This document shows, piece by piece, positions 10,722-21,239 of a stretch of 64,000 bases of DNA. The notes beneath the pieces were generated by a model. That model had not been told where the DNA came from. It made no database searches and saw only the letters and a program-made list of their open reading frames with translations. Position 1 is the stretch's first letter. Every line of letters starts with the position of its first letter. The position numbers and the translations under genes are program-made. The stretch spans positions 3,410,001 through 3,474,000 of the forward strand of contig OZ251223.1 in assembly GCA_965240325.2 (NCBI GenBank), written 5' to 3'. The stretch is from Rebecca billardiae RCC1528. Taxonomy: Eukaryota; Protista; Haptophyta.

Positions 10722-11804
10722 ATGGACTCTTACCCCGCCGTTCACGGGGATCTTCCAACCAGGTACAAAAGAGGTCAGCCTGCTCAGGAACCACACAGGC
10801 ATCCGCCTCGTCTCCGTCCTCTCTCCCCACCCGATTACCCGACCGCCCGGATGACGCCGCGACATTCCGACGCTGATGGCGCAGAGCGGCACTCGCGCCG
10901 CCGTTGGAAGCCGAATCCATCGCAGAAGACGCTGCTCGAGGCCGTCTTCAAGGTGTCCAACATGCCGAACCGCGCGACCATCGAATCGGTCGCGAAGCTG
11001 CTCGATGTCCAGCCGCGGCAAGCGCGGATCTGGTTCCAGAACAAGCGCCAGCGTCAGCGCCCGACTCACGCGGCGGAAGGCACGTCCAGCGATGTGCCGA
11101 AAGCAGTGGCTCCTGCGTTGATGCCCGCGCTCGCCGCGACGTTCCCTCACGTCACGACGTCGTTTGCGCCGCTAGCTGATGCCGCAAGCACCGCCGAGCA
11201 CGCCTCGGCGCTGCGCGCGGCCCTGGCAGCAAGGATGACGCTGCCGTCGGCGAGGATGCCCGCTCATCTCGGTTCGCCGACATCGGTGGTGAGCGACCCG
11301 ACTCGCCCGACGACGATGCCACCGCCGGCCGTGACGCAGTGGCACCTGCAGTCCCCGGTCATGCCGACGCAGCCGATGCCCTTCGGGTTTCTGCTTGCGC
11401 GCGAGCTCTACGCGGCCGCGGAGACAGCGAGCGCCGACGCGCCACCGTGCTCGAGCTCGGACGACGCTGCCGCCTTTGCGCCGTTCCCGCGCGCCCCGAC
11501 GACCGCTTCGAGTGCACCGTTTCCAACTCAGGCTGAGGTCCTCAAGCGCGCGTCCACGTTCAAGTTCCCGGGGCCCGCGCCGCCGACCACCCCGCACATC
11601 CCGGCCTCCCACTATGCCCTCTCCGAGACGACGCGGCCGGCGTCAGAGCCCAAACTCGCCGACGAGCGTGACATCATGTCTTACCTCAGCATGCTCGATG
11701 CTCGGCGATCTCAGGGGCAGCTTGATGCCGGCGCCGCGATGGCAGCAGTGGCTAGCAGCAACGTTGCTGGCAACGTGGACTTCTGCCTCTCACTGCTCAA
11801 CTAG
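10722..11804 (+). CDS. Homeodomain transcription factor (non-TALE, Q50); start may be ATG 10851
   Basis: RRRWKPNPSQKTLLEAVFKVSNMPNRATIESVAKLLDVQPRQARIWFQNKRQR shows L16, F20, P26 and the WFQNKR helix-3 signature. The tail is Pro/Ala/Ser-rich. Confidence 0.9.
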   Translation: MDSYPAVHGDLPTRYKRGQPAQEPHRHPPRLRPLSPPDYPTARMTPRHSDADGAERHSRRRWKPNPSQKTLLEAVFKVSNMPNRATIESVAKLLDVQPRQARIWFQNKRQRQRPTHAAEGTSSDVPKAVAPALMPALAATFPHVTTSFAPLADAASTAEHASALRAALAARMTLPSARMPAHLGSPTSVVSDPTRPTTMPPPAVTQWHLQSPVMPTQPMPFGFLLARELYAAAETASADAPPCSSSDDAAAFAPFPRAPTTASSAPFPTQAEVLKRASTFKFPGPAPPTTPHIPASHYALSETTRPASEPKLADERDIMSYLSMLDARRSQGQLDAGAAMAAVASSNVAGNVDFCLSLLN

Positions 11805-12178
11805 GAGTAGGGTGGTGACATTCTTCACACGCACCAGAGTCTTCGGACAGCAACCGGCGAAAGCAGTGCTCGCTCGTCAGGCCGTCATCATGCTCATCTT
11901 CTTGGAGGGTTCCGTGCTGCTGTACTCGGGCTCGCCATTGATCTTCGGGGGAACTCTGGGATTCGAGAAGTCGAGTCTCGAGATCCGCCCCGGGCCTGCT
12001 CGACAGTCGCCACTGCTTTACACTGTGACTACTCTATATATATATATATATATAGTTAATACTGTAGCTAGGCTTGGCCCGGTAGTCGGCCGTGATGCCG
12101 CTCTGTGCACTGGGGACGCGGGGCCCGCCTTGAGCGTAACGTGTAGCGGTGACGAATAATATATATTATGAAACGTCC

Positions 12179-13819
12179 TCACCTGGCCGTCGTGCTGCCC
12201 GAGTGCTGGCCACGATGACCCGTTCGAAGAACAATCTGAGCTGACGACTTAGATGACGGTGATGATGGTGGTGGTGGTGAGACGCGTCGCCTCGCGACAC
12301 CCGCTGGCAGTTGGCCGTCGTGCCGTTGCTGGCCAGAGCGCACTGCGACCGAGCCTGCCTGCGGCGGGCCTGACTCTGTGCTGGGCAAAGCCAAAGGCGG
12401 CGGCGGCAGGCTGGGCGCGCTGGCCGCAGGATCGAATGCTTGCCTGGGCGCGCTGGAAGAGGTCGCTGCGATCGGCACTGCGCCTGCGGGCGGCTTTGGT
12501 GGGACGACTTGTGGCGGAGCTCCGCTGACGCGCCTGCGCGTGGAACTGCGCGCCACGAGCGACTCTGGATCCACGGTTGCCACCTGGCGCTGCCAGGAGC
12601 CGCGCACCAGCCGCTCGCCGCTGGACGAGAGCGCGCCTGTGTCAATCACCCACACACCAAAGCGCTCGCCCGCAGGCTCTTGCAAGCCCAGCTCCGCCGC
12701 GGCGGCGCCCAGGCTACCGCGCGCGCGCTCGATCGCGGACAGAAGCTTGCGCTTGCCCGAGGCGATGAGCTCGAGCCGCGAAGGCATCACGCCTGACGTG
12801 CCGTGTGTTGCGATGTGCGCCAGCAGCTCGGCGCGCACACTCGGCCAGTCTTCGTAGTAGCCTCGCGGCTGCCGCGGCCGCGTCTCGACGTAGCGCAGGT
12901 TGAGCGCGCGCGCGAGGGGGAGCCGGCCACCGTGATGGGCGGCAATTGCGTGCGACAGATCGTAGCGCCCATGCTCCTGCAGCTCCGCCTGTGTGGGCAT
13001 CACGCCGGCGGTGCCGTTGGCCGCGATGAAGGCTTGCAGCTCGCGCTCAAACCTGCGTGCATCGGCTAGGAGGCCCCTGGGTGTGCGGGCTGTGGGCCGT
13101 GCGAGGCCGAGCCGCGATGCGACAGCGTTGATGCCACCGTGGTGCGCGGTGATGGCATTCGAGACGTCGTGCCGCCCGTGCGTGCGCAGCTCGAGCTGCG
13201 ACGGCATCAGCCCGGCGGTGCCGTTGGCCGCGATGAAGGCGTGCAGCTCGCGCTCGACCGTGCTGAAGTCCAGCCAGTAGCCGCGCGGCCTGGCCGTCTT
13301 GCCCCGCGCGCGGGGTCGGGCGCGCGGGGCGCGGAGTTCAAGCGTGCGCATTGCGGCACGGAGGCCGCCGAATTCTCGGCGCACGCCCCAGAGGATGTCG
13401 TGCCGCCCTGCGGCCGCCAGCGTGTCCAACGCAGGCATCACTCCAGGCTCCCCGTGCTGCTCGATGTACTCGAGCAGGGCGGCCGCAACACGTGAGCGGC
13501 GCTCGTCGTCAGGCGGCATGCAGGCCGTCGGCTTGCGTCCAGCGGGCCGCGCCATCCGCAGGCCGAGCGCCTCGGCCACCACAGTCTGCCCGCCCGCCGC
13601 GCGGATCTCGCGCTGCAGCGCGGCGCAGCCCGATGAGCGCAGCTGCACAATGGTGGGCATCTTACCCGCCGTGCCGTTTTGGCGCACATACGCGCGCATG
13701 CGAGTGCGCAGCAATGCGGACACATGGTGACGACTAGCAGCAGCGTGCGCGGCGGGACCACAAAGAGTCGTGATGCTGCTGATGATGACAATCACGGCAG
13801 CGCGACCGGCGGCCACCAT
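12179..13819 (-). CDS. Probably plastid-targeted protein with five RGYW..EL..F....G..G.MP...EL...GR.DL..AI..HGG...VA..LGL repeats (repeat type resembling the N-terminus of plant PTST2/3)
   Basis: Five clear ~75-aa repeats in the translation, preceded by a hydrophobic N-terminal leader (VIVIISSITTLCG). Confidence 0.75.
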   Translation of the reverse strand: MVAAGRAAVIVIISSITTLCGPAAHAAASRHHVSALLRTRMRAYVRQNGTAGKMPTIVQLRSSGCAALQREIRAAGGQTVVAEALGLRMARPAGRKPTACMPPDDERRSRVAAALLEYIEQHGEPGVMPALDTLAAAGRHDILWGVRREFGGLRAAMRTLELRAPRARPRARGKTARPRGYWLDFSTVERELHAFIAANGTAGLMPSQLELRTHGRHDVSNAITAHHGGINAVASRLGLARPTARTPRGLLADARRFERELQAFIAANGTAGVMPTQAELQEHGRYDLSHAIAAHHGGRLPLARALNLRYVETRPRQPRGYYEDWPSVRAELLAHIATHGTSGVMPSRLELIASGKRKLLSAIERARGSLGAAAAELGLQEPAGERFGVWVIDTGALSSSGERLVRGSWQRQVATVDPESLVARSSTRRRVSGAPPQVVPPKPPAGAVPIAATSSSAPRQAFDPAASAPSLPPPPLALPSTESGPPQAGSVAVRSGQQRHDGQLPAGVARRRVSPPPPSSPSSKSSAQIVLRTGHRGQHSGSTTAR

Positions 13820-14544
13820 TGATTGCTGCCTGATGGCTTGTGAGTACGCTGCTCCGTCCTGTCATTGTCGACGCCTGATGACGATTCAAGTTTCAACGGT
13901 AACAACAGCAGACTAATCTGGCAGCCTGGCCTATTGCCATGACAGCAGCTGTGCTGATGAACTTATAGGCTTAGCTGTGCGACGCTTGCTTGCGCCTGAC
14001 CACTGACTTGATGATGCATGGGAAGTGAGGTGAGACCGGGGAGGCCCGACTCAGGTGCCTGCCCAAGCCCGCCAAAGGCGCTGGTTTGGGCTGGCCCAGT
14101 CGGGCTTCCGATCCCCTCTCCCCCACCCTAGCCGAACTGACGGACAGGGACGTCGTACGCTGACCGTACGATGCCGGTGGCCCTGTGGGTGGCCACCGAC
14201 TGGAGGGAGCGGGTGCTCAACGTCCAGCCGGGTCCACCCACCAACCCAGCCCCCGAGGGGACAGGGCGGGCACACAGGCGATGCTGGTGCGCAGCAGCGG
14301 CGCCGGTCGCCGCTCACTGCTGAGCAGGCGACGAGCGGCGGTGCCCAGTGGCACTCATTCGGAGTGTGCGAGGTCAAGGCCCACAGGGGCACTTGCGCCG
14401 ACGTGGCGCCGCCCCGCCTGCTTGCACAGCAAAGGCGCGGGCGGCCGCCTGCCTGCCCACATTATGGCCAGAAAGGCACCAGGCCACGTGTTGATCCCAG
14501 GCAGGACAAGCTGGCCGCTCACGCTCCCAAAGGACTGCTCCACG

Positions 14545-15110
14545 AAGTGGAAGTGTCGCCGCGCGAGGGCCTGTCAGCGACATTGGCCCTCGAGCGCACG
14601 TACTCAAACCACGCGTCACAGTGCGGCCCCGTGGCTGTGTGCACGCTGCGGCAGAGTCGTGCAAAGACGGGTAGCCCTTGATAAGACCAGCGAGCGCGCT
14701 CGCGTTGTCAATGAAGTGCTTCACCTGCCTGTCAACCAGCAGGTCAGGCTGCGAGTGGTACACTGCCACAGCTGCCAAGAGCTTATAGGCTGCCCGTTGT
14801 GCCAGCATTGTGCGACGCCACAGCGCTGAGGCTGTCAGCTTGCGCTGGGTCTGCGCCAGCGGCCGCCAAGCGAGCCGACAGGGCAGCAGTCCATGCCGCA
14901 TGACCCAGCGCGTCCATATCCAGGGGAGGACCTGGCGGCGAGCTGACCAGTGCCGGTCAGCGCCGGGCCAGTGCAAGCACACCCATTCGGCCGCGGCAAG
15001 CACATCGGCGGCCAGGGCGGAGCCTAAGCCCACCATGTAGAAGGGGTGCTGCATGGCCTTTGCGGCTGCAATCTGCTCGAGCACACCACGCGCCTTTACC
15101 GGCGCAGAGG
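14545..15110 (-). pseudogene. Decayed pol fragment with DIRS-type RNase HI
   Basis: KLLAAVAVY..PDLLVDRQVKHFIDNASALAGLIKGY is followed, after a frameshift, by WFEYVRSRANVADRPSRGD. These match the E-LA / V...DN..A / YV.S..N.AD..SR motifs of DIRS-type RNase H. The RT domain is deleted. Confidence 0.75.
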
Positions 15111-16879
15111 AGCCATCCTCTCTGGGCATCGATGCTAGGACGCCGCGAGCGCGGTCTCGCTGGAACCCATTGCGGGCGCTGACGTCCGTCCGCAGAAGGC
15201 CTCTTTGCCCCGTCGCGTGCGGGCCACCCGACGGAACTTGTCGCGCCTGCGGCCCAAGGGTTTCGTCGCCGCGACGCCAGCCCGGAGCGGAAATCAGGCG
15301 CGCTGATTGCCACATGGGTGCGGACGACGCTGAGGCCCGCGCAGAGGCCCGCGCCGCGGCGGAGCGGCGGGCCAGAGCGGTGGCCCTGCATGCTGCGCAT
15401 GGGGGCAGGCCTGCCCGCGCTGGCGCGAATGCTGTGCCACCCGATAACTTGCAGGAGGAGCCCACACCGACGGGCGTGGCCCAGCGCGATTATGGCGCTG
15501 CTGAGCTGCAGGCGAGCAAGCAGAGCCAGGTGAAGCCCGCTCGCCCAGCAGGTCTCCATGTCGGGCCCAAGCGTCGGGGATTGACTTGCAGCGCGCAAGC
15601 GCGGCTGACCGTTGAGCGGTACATCCTTGGGCTGTGAGTGCCACTCGCAAGCGCTCCAACCGGAGCGCTCGTGCCGCCGCCAAGACGGGCGGCAGCTGCA
15701 GCGGCGGAGGCAACGGCAGCGGAGGCCGTGCGCCGACCGGCAAGAGCAAGCAGCACGAGGCATGCCGCGCCTAGCTCCCTCAGGGTGGGTGGGTGGGAAG
15801 AAAACGCGCTCGGTGCGCTCCCCTGCTGGCTCGGCAAGCCATGGAGCCGATGGCTCTGGCGACTGCCTTTTGGTACGGTGCCTGTCGCGCGAGGCGAGCA
15901 GCGTGCCTTCACGTGCGGCCTGCGGCACGCCCGTTTTGCCCGGACGTTCACTGTCCGGCTCAGCCGGTGCGGCTGCAGATTAGTAAGTTACCACGAGCCT
16001 TCGGTCGTTTTCACCACACTAATCTGGCAGCCTGGCCTATTGCCATGACAGCAGCTGTGCTGATGAACTTATAGGCTTAGCTGTGCGACGCTTGCTTGCG
16101 CCTGACCACTGACTTGATGATGCATGGGAAGTGAGGTGAGACCGGGGAGGCCCGACTCAGGTGCCTGCCCAAGCCCGCCAAAGGCGCTGGTTTGGGCTGG
16201 CCCAGTCGGGCTTCCGATCCCCAACGCACTGTCCAGCTCACTATCCCAACGCAACCTCACGCTGGGCATGCGCCACTACAGCCGAAAGAGGCCGTGCGGC
16301 AGCGCTGCTCTGCCAGCTGCTGAGGTCATAACTCCGACCCGGCTGGGTAAGGGGGGCAGGCCCTCCAGAATGGAGTAGCCAGACCGGCCCCCAAGCAGGG
16401 GATAACTGAGCGCGCGTGTATTGCACATGCATCCAGCGACTGCTGTCGCAGGCCAGCACCCGCGCAGCAACATGAGGAGCCAACCCCCATGTGTTCCCCC
16501 CAAGCGTCAGGGGAGCCAATTCTGCGTGACAAGGGGCAACAGCAAACCACCTTGTGGGGCCGGACCCGCGCTGCGGACCGGACTGTGCCACGCCGCCGGG
16601 GCGAGCAAGAGACCGGGCGACGAGCCATCTGCAGCCCCTTGTCCAACCGCAGGGGGAGTCAACCCAGTCAACCCTATGGCGTGCCTCCCAAGCGTCAGGG
16701 GAGCCAACCCGCGTGACGAGGGACTGCAAGCAGCCAGGGGGGTCACCAGTAGGGCCGGCTGGCAGACGCTAGACGACGCGCCGCCGCCGGGACGGGCGGG
16801 GAATTGGGAAAGGCGACGAGCCACGCCCGGTGCCCAGCCACAGGGCAGGGGCAAGCGGGAGATTCGACGGTGCCGATTC

Positions 16880-18245
16880 GACGAGCCATCCGCCGCCCAG
16901 TGTCCAACCGCCGGGGGAGCCATCCCCATGGCGTGCCGCCCAGGCGTCAGGGGAGCCAACCCGCATGACGACCTGGGGACAGCCGCAAAGCGTTCTCGAA
17001 CCGCCGGGCAGCGGGACGTGCCCACGGCGCCGGCAGCAGGGACAAGCGGGGAAGAGCGACAAGCCATCTGCCGCCCGAAGCCTAGCCGCAGCAGGGGCGA
17101 GCGGGAGACTCGACGAGCCATCCGCCGCCCCGTATCCAACCGCCGGGGGAGCCATCCCCATGGCGTGCAGCCCAGGCGTCAGGGGAGCCAACCCGCATGA
17201 CGACCTGGGGACAACCGCAAAGCGTTCTCGGACCGCCGGCCGCGGGACGTGCCAGCTGCGCCGGCAGCAGGGACGAGCGGGGAAGTGCGACGAGCCATCC
17301 GCCGCCCGAAGCTTAGCTGCCGCCGGGGCGAGCTGGAGACTCGACGAGCCATCCGCCGCCCCGTGTCCAACCGCAGGGGAAGCCATCCCCATGGCGTGCC
17401 GCCCAGGCGTCAGGGGAGCCAACCCGCATGACGACCTGGGGACAACCGCAAAGCGTTCTCGAACCGCCGGGCCGCGGGACGTGCCCTCGGTGCAGGCAGC
17501 AGGGACAAGCGGGGAAGGGTGACGAGCCATCAGCCGCCCGAAGCCTAGCCGCCGCCGGGGCGGGCGGGAGACTCGACGAGCCATCCGCCGCCCAGTGTCC
17601 AACCGCCGGGGGAGCCATCCCCATGGCGTGTCGCCCAGGCGTCAGGGGAGCCAACCAGCATGACGACCCGGGGACAACCGCAAAGCGTTCTCGGACCGCC
17701 GGGCCGCGGGACGTGCCCGCGGCGCCGGCAGCAGGGACGAGCGGGGAAAGGCGGCAAGCCATCCGCCGCCCGAAGCCTAGCCGCAGCCGGGGCGAGCGGG
17801 AGACTCGACGAGCCATCTGCCACCCCGTGTCCAACCGCCGGGGGAGCCATCCCCATGGCGTGCCGCCCAGGCGTCAGGGGAGCCAACCCGCATGACGACC
17901 TGGGGACAACCGCGAAGCGTTCTCGGACCGCCGGGCCGCAGGACGTGCCCGCTGCGCCGGCAGCCGGGACGAGCGGGGAAAGGCGACAAGCCATCCGCCG
18001 CCCGAAGCCTAGCCGCCGCCGGGGCGAGCGGGAGACTCGACGAGCCATCCGCCGCCCCGTGTCCAACCGCAGGGGGAGCCATCCCCATGGCGTGCCGCCC
18101 AGGCGTCAGGGGAGCCGACCCGCATGACGACCTGGGGACAACCGCAAAGTGCTCTCGAACCGCCGGGCCGCGGGACGTGCCCGCGGCGCCGGCAGCAGGG
18201 ACGAGCGGGGAAGGGCGACGAGCCATCCGCCGCCCGAAGCCTAGC
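16880..18245. repeat. Tandem array, ~232-bp unit, ~6 copies
   Basis: The motif atgacgacc recurs at ~16965, 17197, 17428, 17660, 17892 and 18124. Confidence 0.9.
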
Positions 18246-18249
18246 TTCA

Positions 18250-20290
18250 GGGGGGCGATCCCCGTCGATGGCGACGCTCCGGCCAGCTGCCCCGCCGCGC
18301 CCGGGCGGGACTGCTGGTACGAGAAAGGCACCCGCTGGGCCAAATGACCAGGGGCCGACCGTGCTGCGCCGCCGGAAGGAAGGCCCCCCGACGATGCATG
18401 AGCCAAGGCGCCGAGCCTAGCCGCAGGAGGAGCCACCCCCCTTGTGTTCCCCCCAAGCGTCAGGGGAGCCGACCAGCATGACCGGGGGGAACGGCGAACC
18501 ACCCGCCTGGGCCGTTCTTGAACTGCAAGCCCGGGGGGGCGCCAGCGGGGCCGGCCGGCCGACGCTAGAGGACGCGCCGCTGCCGGGGCGAGCGGGGAAA
18601 GGCGACGAGCCGTCCGCCGCCCGATGCCCAGCTGCCGGGGGAGCCAACCCTCCGGCGTTCCCCCCACGCGTCAGGGGAGCCAACCCGCATGACAGGGGGG
18701 CAACAGCAAACCACCCAGTAGGGTCGGTCCTGCACTGCGAACCGGCCGCCGGGGCGAGCGGGAGATGGCACAGAGCCACCCGCCGCCCCGTGTCCGGCCG
18801 CCGGGGGAGCCAACCCTCCGGCGTTCCCCCCACGCGTCAGGGGAGCCAACCCGCATGACGGGGGGCAACAGCAAACCGCCCAGTGGGGTCGGTCCTGCAC
18901 TGCAAGCCGGACGGCGCCATGCCGCCGGGGCGAGCTGGAGATGGCGCCGAGCCACCCGCCGCCCCGTGCCCAGCCGCAGGGGGAGCCAACCCCACGGCGT
19001 GCCGCCTAGGCGTCAGGGGAGCCATCCCGCTTGACGGCCTGGGGACGACCGCAAACCGTCCCATAGGACCGTTCTGGTACCGCAGGGCCGCTGGACGTGC
19101 CCGCGGCTCCGGCAGTCCGAGAGGAGGCGCAGCGACGCCGCCGGGGCGAGTGGCCCTGGACGACGGGCCCTCCGCCTCTCCGTGCCCAATCGGCAGGGGA
19201 TGCATCCCCATCGATGCTTGCGCAACCGCAAAACACCAGTTGGGACCGTTCTGGTACCGCAGGGCCGCGGGACGTGCCCGCGGCTCCGGCAGTCCGAGGG
19301 GAGGCGCCGCGACGCCGCCGGGGCGAGTGGCCCCGGACGACGGGCCCTCCGCCTCTCCGTGCCCAATCGGCAGTGCTGCCGGAAGGCCTGCACATCACCG
19401 TGCGAGCGAAAGGGGGGGCGGCCGGGCCATGCCGGCCACCTGGTCCCCGCCACCAGACAGGGGAGCCATCCCCGCCGATGGCGACGCGCTGGCCAGCTGC
19501 CCCGCCGCGCCCGGGCGGGGCAGCTGGTGCGAGAAAGGCACCTGCTGGGCCAAATGCCCAGGGGCCGACCGTGCAGCGCCGCCGGAAGGAAGGTCCCCCG
19601 ACGACGCGCGAGCCAAGGCGCCGAGCCCAGCCGCAGGAGGAGCCACCCCCCTTGTGTTCCCCCCCAGCGTCAGGGGAGCCGACCCGCATGACGGGGGGGG
19701 GACAGCGAACCACCCTGCCGGGCCGTTCTTGAACTGCAAGCCCGGGGGGTGCTCCAGCGAGGCCGGCCGGCCGACGCTACGGGACGCGCCGCCTCCGGGG
19801 CGAGCGGGAGATGGCGCCAAGCCACCTGCCGCCCCGTGTCCGGCCGCCGGGGGAGCCAACCCTCCGGCGCTCCCACCACGCGTCAGGGGAGCCAACCCGC
19901 ATGACGGGGGGCCACAGCAAACCGCCCCGTGGGGTCGGTCCTGCACCGCGAGCCGGACGGCGCCATGCCGCCGGGGCGAGCGGGAAATGGCGCCGAGCCA
20001 CCCGCCGCCCCGTGTCCAGCCGCCGGGGGAGCCAACCCCACGGCGTGCCGCCTAGGCGTCAGGGGAGCCATCCCGCTTGACGGCCTGGGGACGACCGCAA
20101 ACCGTCCTGCAGGACCGTTCTGGTACCGCAGGGCCGCGGGACGTGCCCGCGGCTCCGGCAGTCCGAGGGGGGGCGCCGCGACGCCGCCGGGGCGAGTGGC
20201 CCCGGACGACCGGCCCTCCGCCTCTCCGTGCCCAATCGGCAGGGGATGCATCCCCATCGATGCTTGCGCAACCGCAAAACACCCGTTGGG
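18250..20290. repeat. Diverged ~1.1-1.2-kb higher-order duplication (about 18250-19375 vs 19460-20290) built from the same subunits
   Basis: The blocks cgatggcgacgc..gagaaaggcacc.gctgggccaaatg..ccgcaggaggagccaccccccttgtgttcccccc, and the later gaccgttctggtaccgcagggc, occur in both halves. Confidence 0.8.
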
Positions 20291-20952
20291 ACCGTTCTGG
20301 TACCGCAGGGCCGCTGGACGTGCCCGCGGCTCCGGCAGTCCGAGGGGGGGCGCCGCGACGCCGCCGGGGCGAGTGGCCCCGGACGACCGGCCCTCCGCCT
20401 CTCCGTGCCCAATCGGCAGGGGATGCATCCCCATCGATGCTTGCGCAACCGCAAAACACCAGTTGGGACCGTTCTGGTACCGCAGGGCAGCGGGACGTGC
20501 CCGCGGCTCCGGCAGTCCGAGGGGAGGCGCCGCGACGCCGCCGGGGCGAGTGGCCCCGGACGACCGGCCCTCCGCCTCTCCGTGCCCAATCGGCAGGGGA
20601 TGCATCCCCATCGATGCTTGCGCAACCGCAAAACACCAGTTGGGACCGTTCTGGTACCGCAGGGCCGCGGGACGTGCCCGCGGCTCCGGCAGTCCGAGGG
20701 GGGGCGCCGCGACGCCGCCGGGGCGAGTGGCCCCGGACGACCGGCCCTCCGCCTCTCCGTGCCCAATCGGCAGGGGATGCATCCCCATCGATGCTTGCGC
20801 AACCGCAAAACACCAGTTGGGACCGTTCTGGTACCGCAGGGCAGCGGGACGTGCCCGCGGCTCCGGCAGTCCGAGGGGAGGCGCCGCGACGCCGCCGGGG
20901 CGAGTGGCCCCGGACGACGGGCCCTCCGCCTCTCCGTGCCCCATCGGCAGGG
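20113..20952. repeat. Tandem array, 177-bp unit, ~4.7 near-identical copies (plus ~1.7 copies at 19067-19372)
   Basis: gaccgttctggtacc starts at 20113, 20290, 20467, 20644 and 20821; the translations show a 59-aa repeat. Confidence 0.95.
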
Positions 20953-21239
20953 GAAGAAAACGCGCTCGGTGCGCTCCCCTGCTGGCTCGGCAAGCCATGG
21001 AGCCGATGGCTCTGGCGACTGCCTTTTGGTACGGTGCCTGTCGCGCGAGGCGAGCAGCGTGCCTTCACGTGCGGCCTGCGGCACGCCCGTTTTGCCCGGA
21101 CGTTCACTGTCCGGCTCAGCCGGTGCGGCTGCAGATTAGTAAGTTACCACGAGCCTTCGGTCGTTTTCACCACACAGCTCATGAGACAACGCGGTGCGTT
21201 GCCGAGCAATTTCAGCTGCTAGCTGCACGGTCACTAGTG

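Larger units (their letters stand above)
13912..21175 (-). mobile_element. Non-autonomous tyrosine-recombinase (DIRS order, PAT/Ngaro-like) retroelement with split direct repeats B..AB..A
   Basis: B (205 bp) is at 13912-14116 and 16018-16222; A (225 bp) is at 15795-16019 and 20951-21175. There is no TSD, only a shared 'ac' at both ends. A DIRS-type RNase H relic lies inside. Confidence 0.75.

Noticed and set aside
13950-13990. Hammerhead ribozyme at CTGATGA in repeat B (Penelope/retrozyme hypothesis)
   Set aside because: No downstream stem II plus GAAA and no stem I/III pairing was found. The satellite's minus-strand CTGACG is followed by C, not A.
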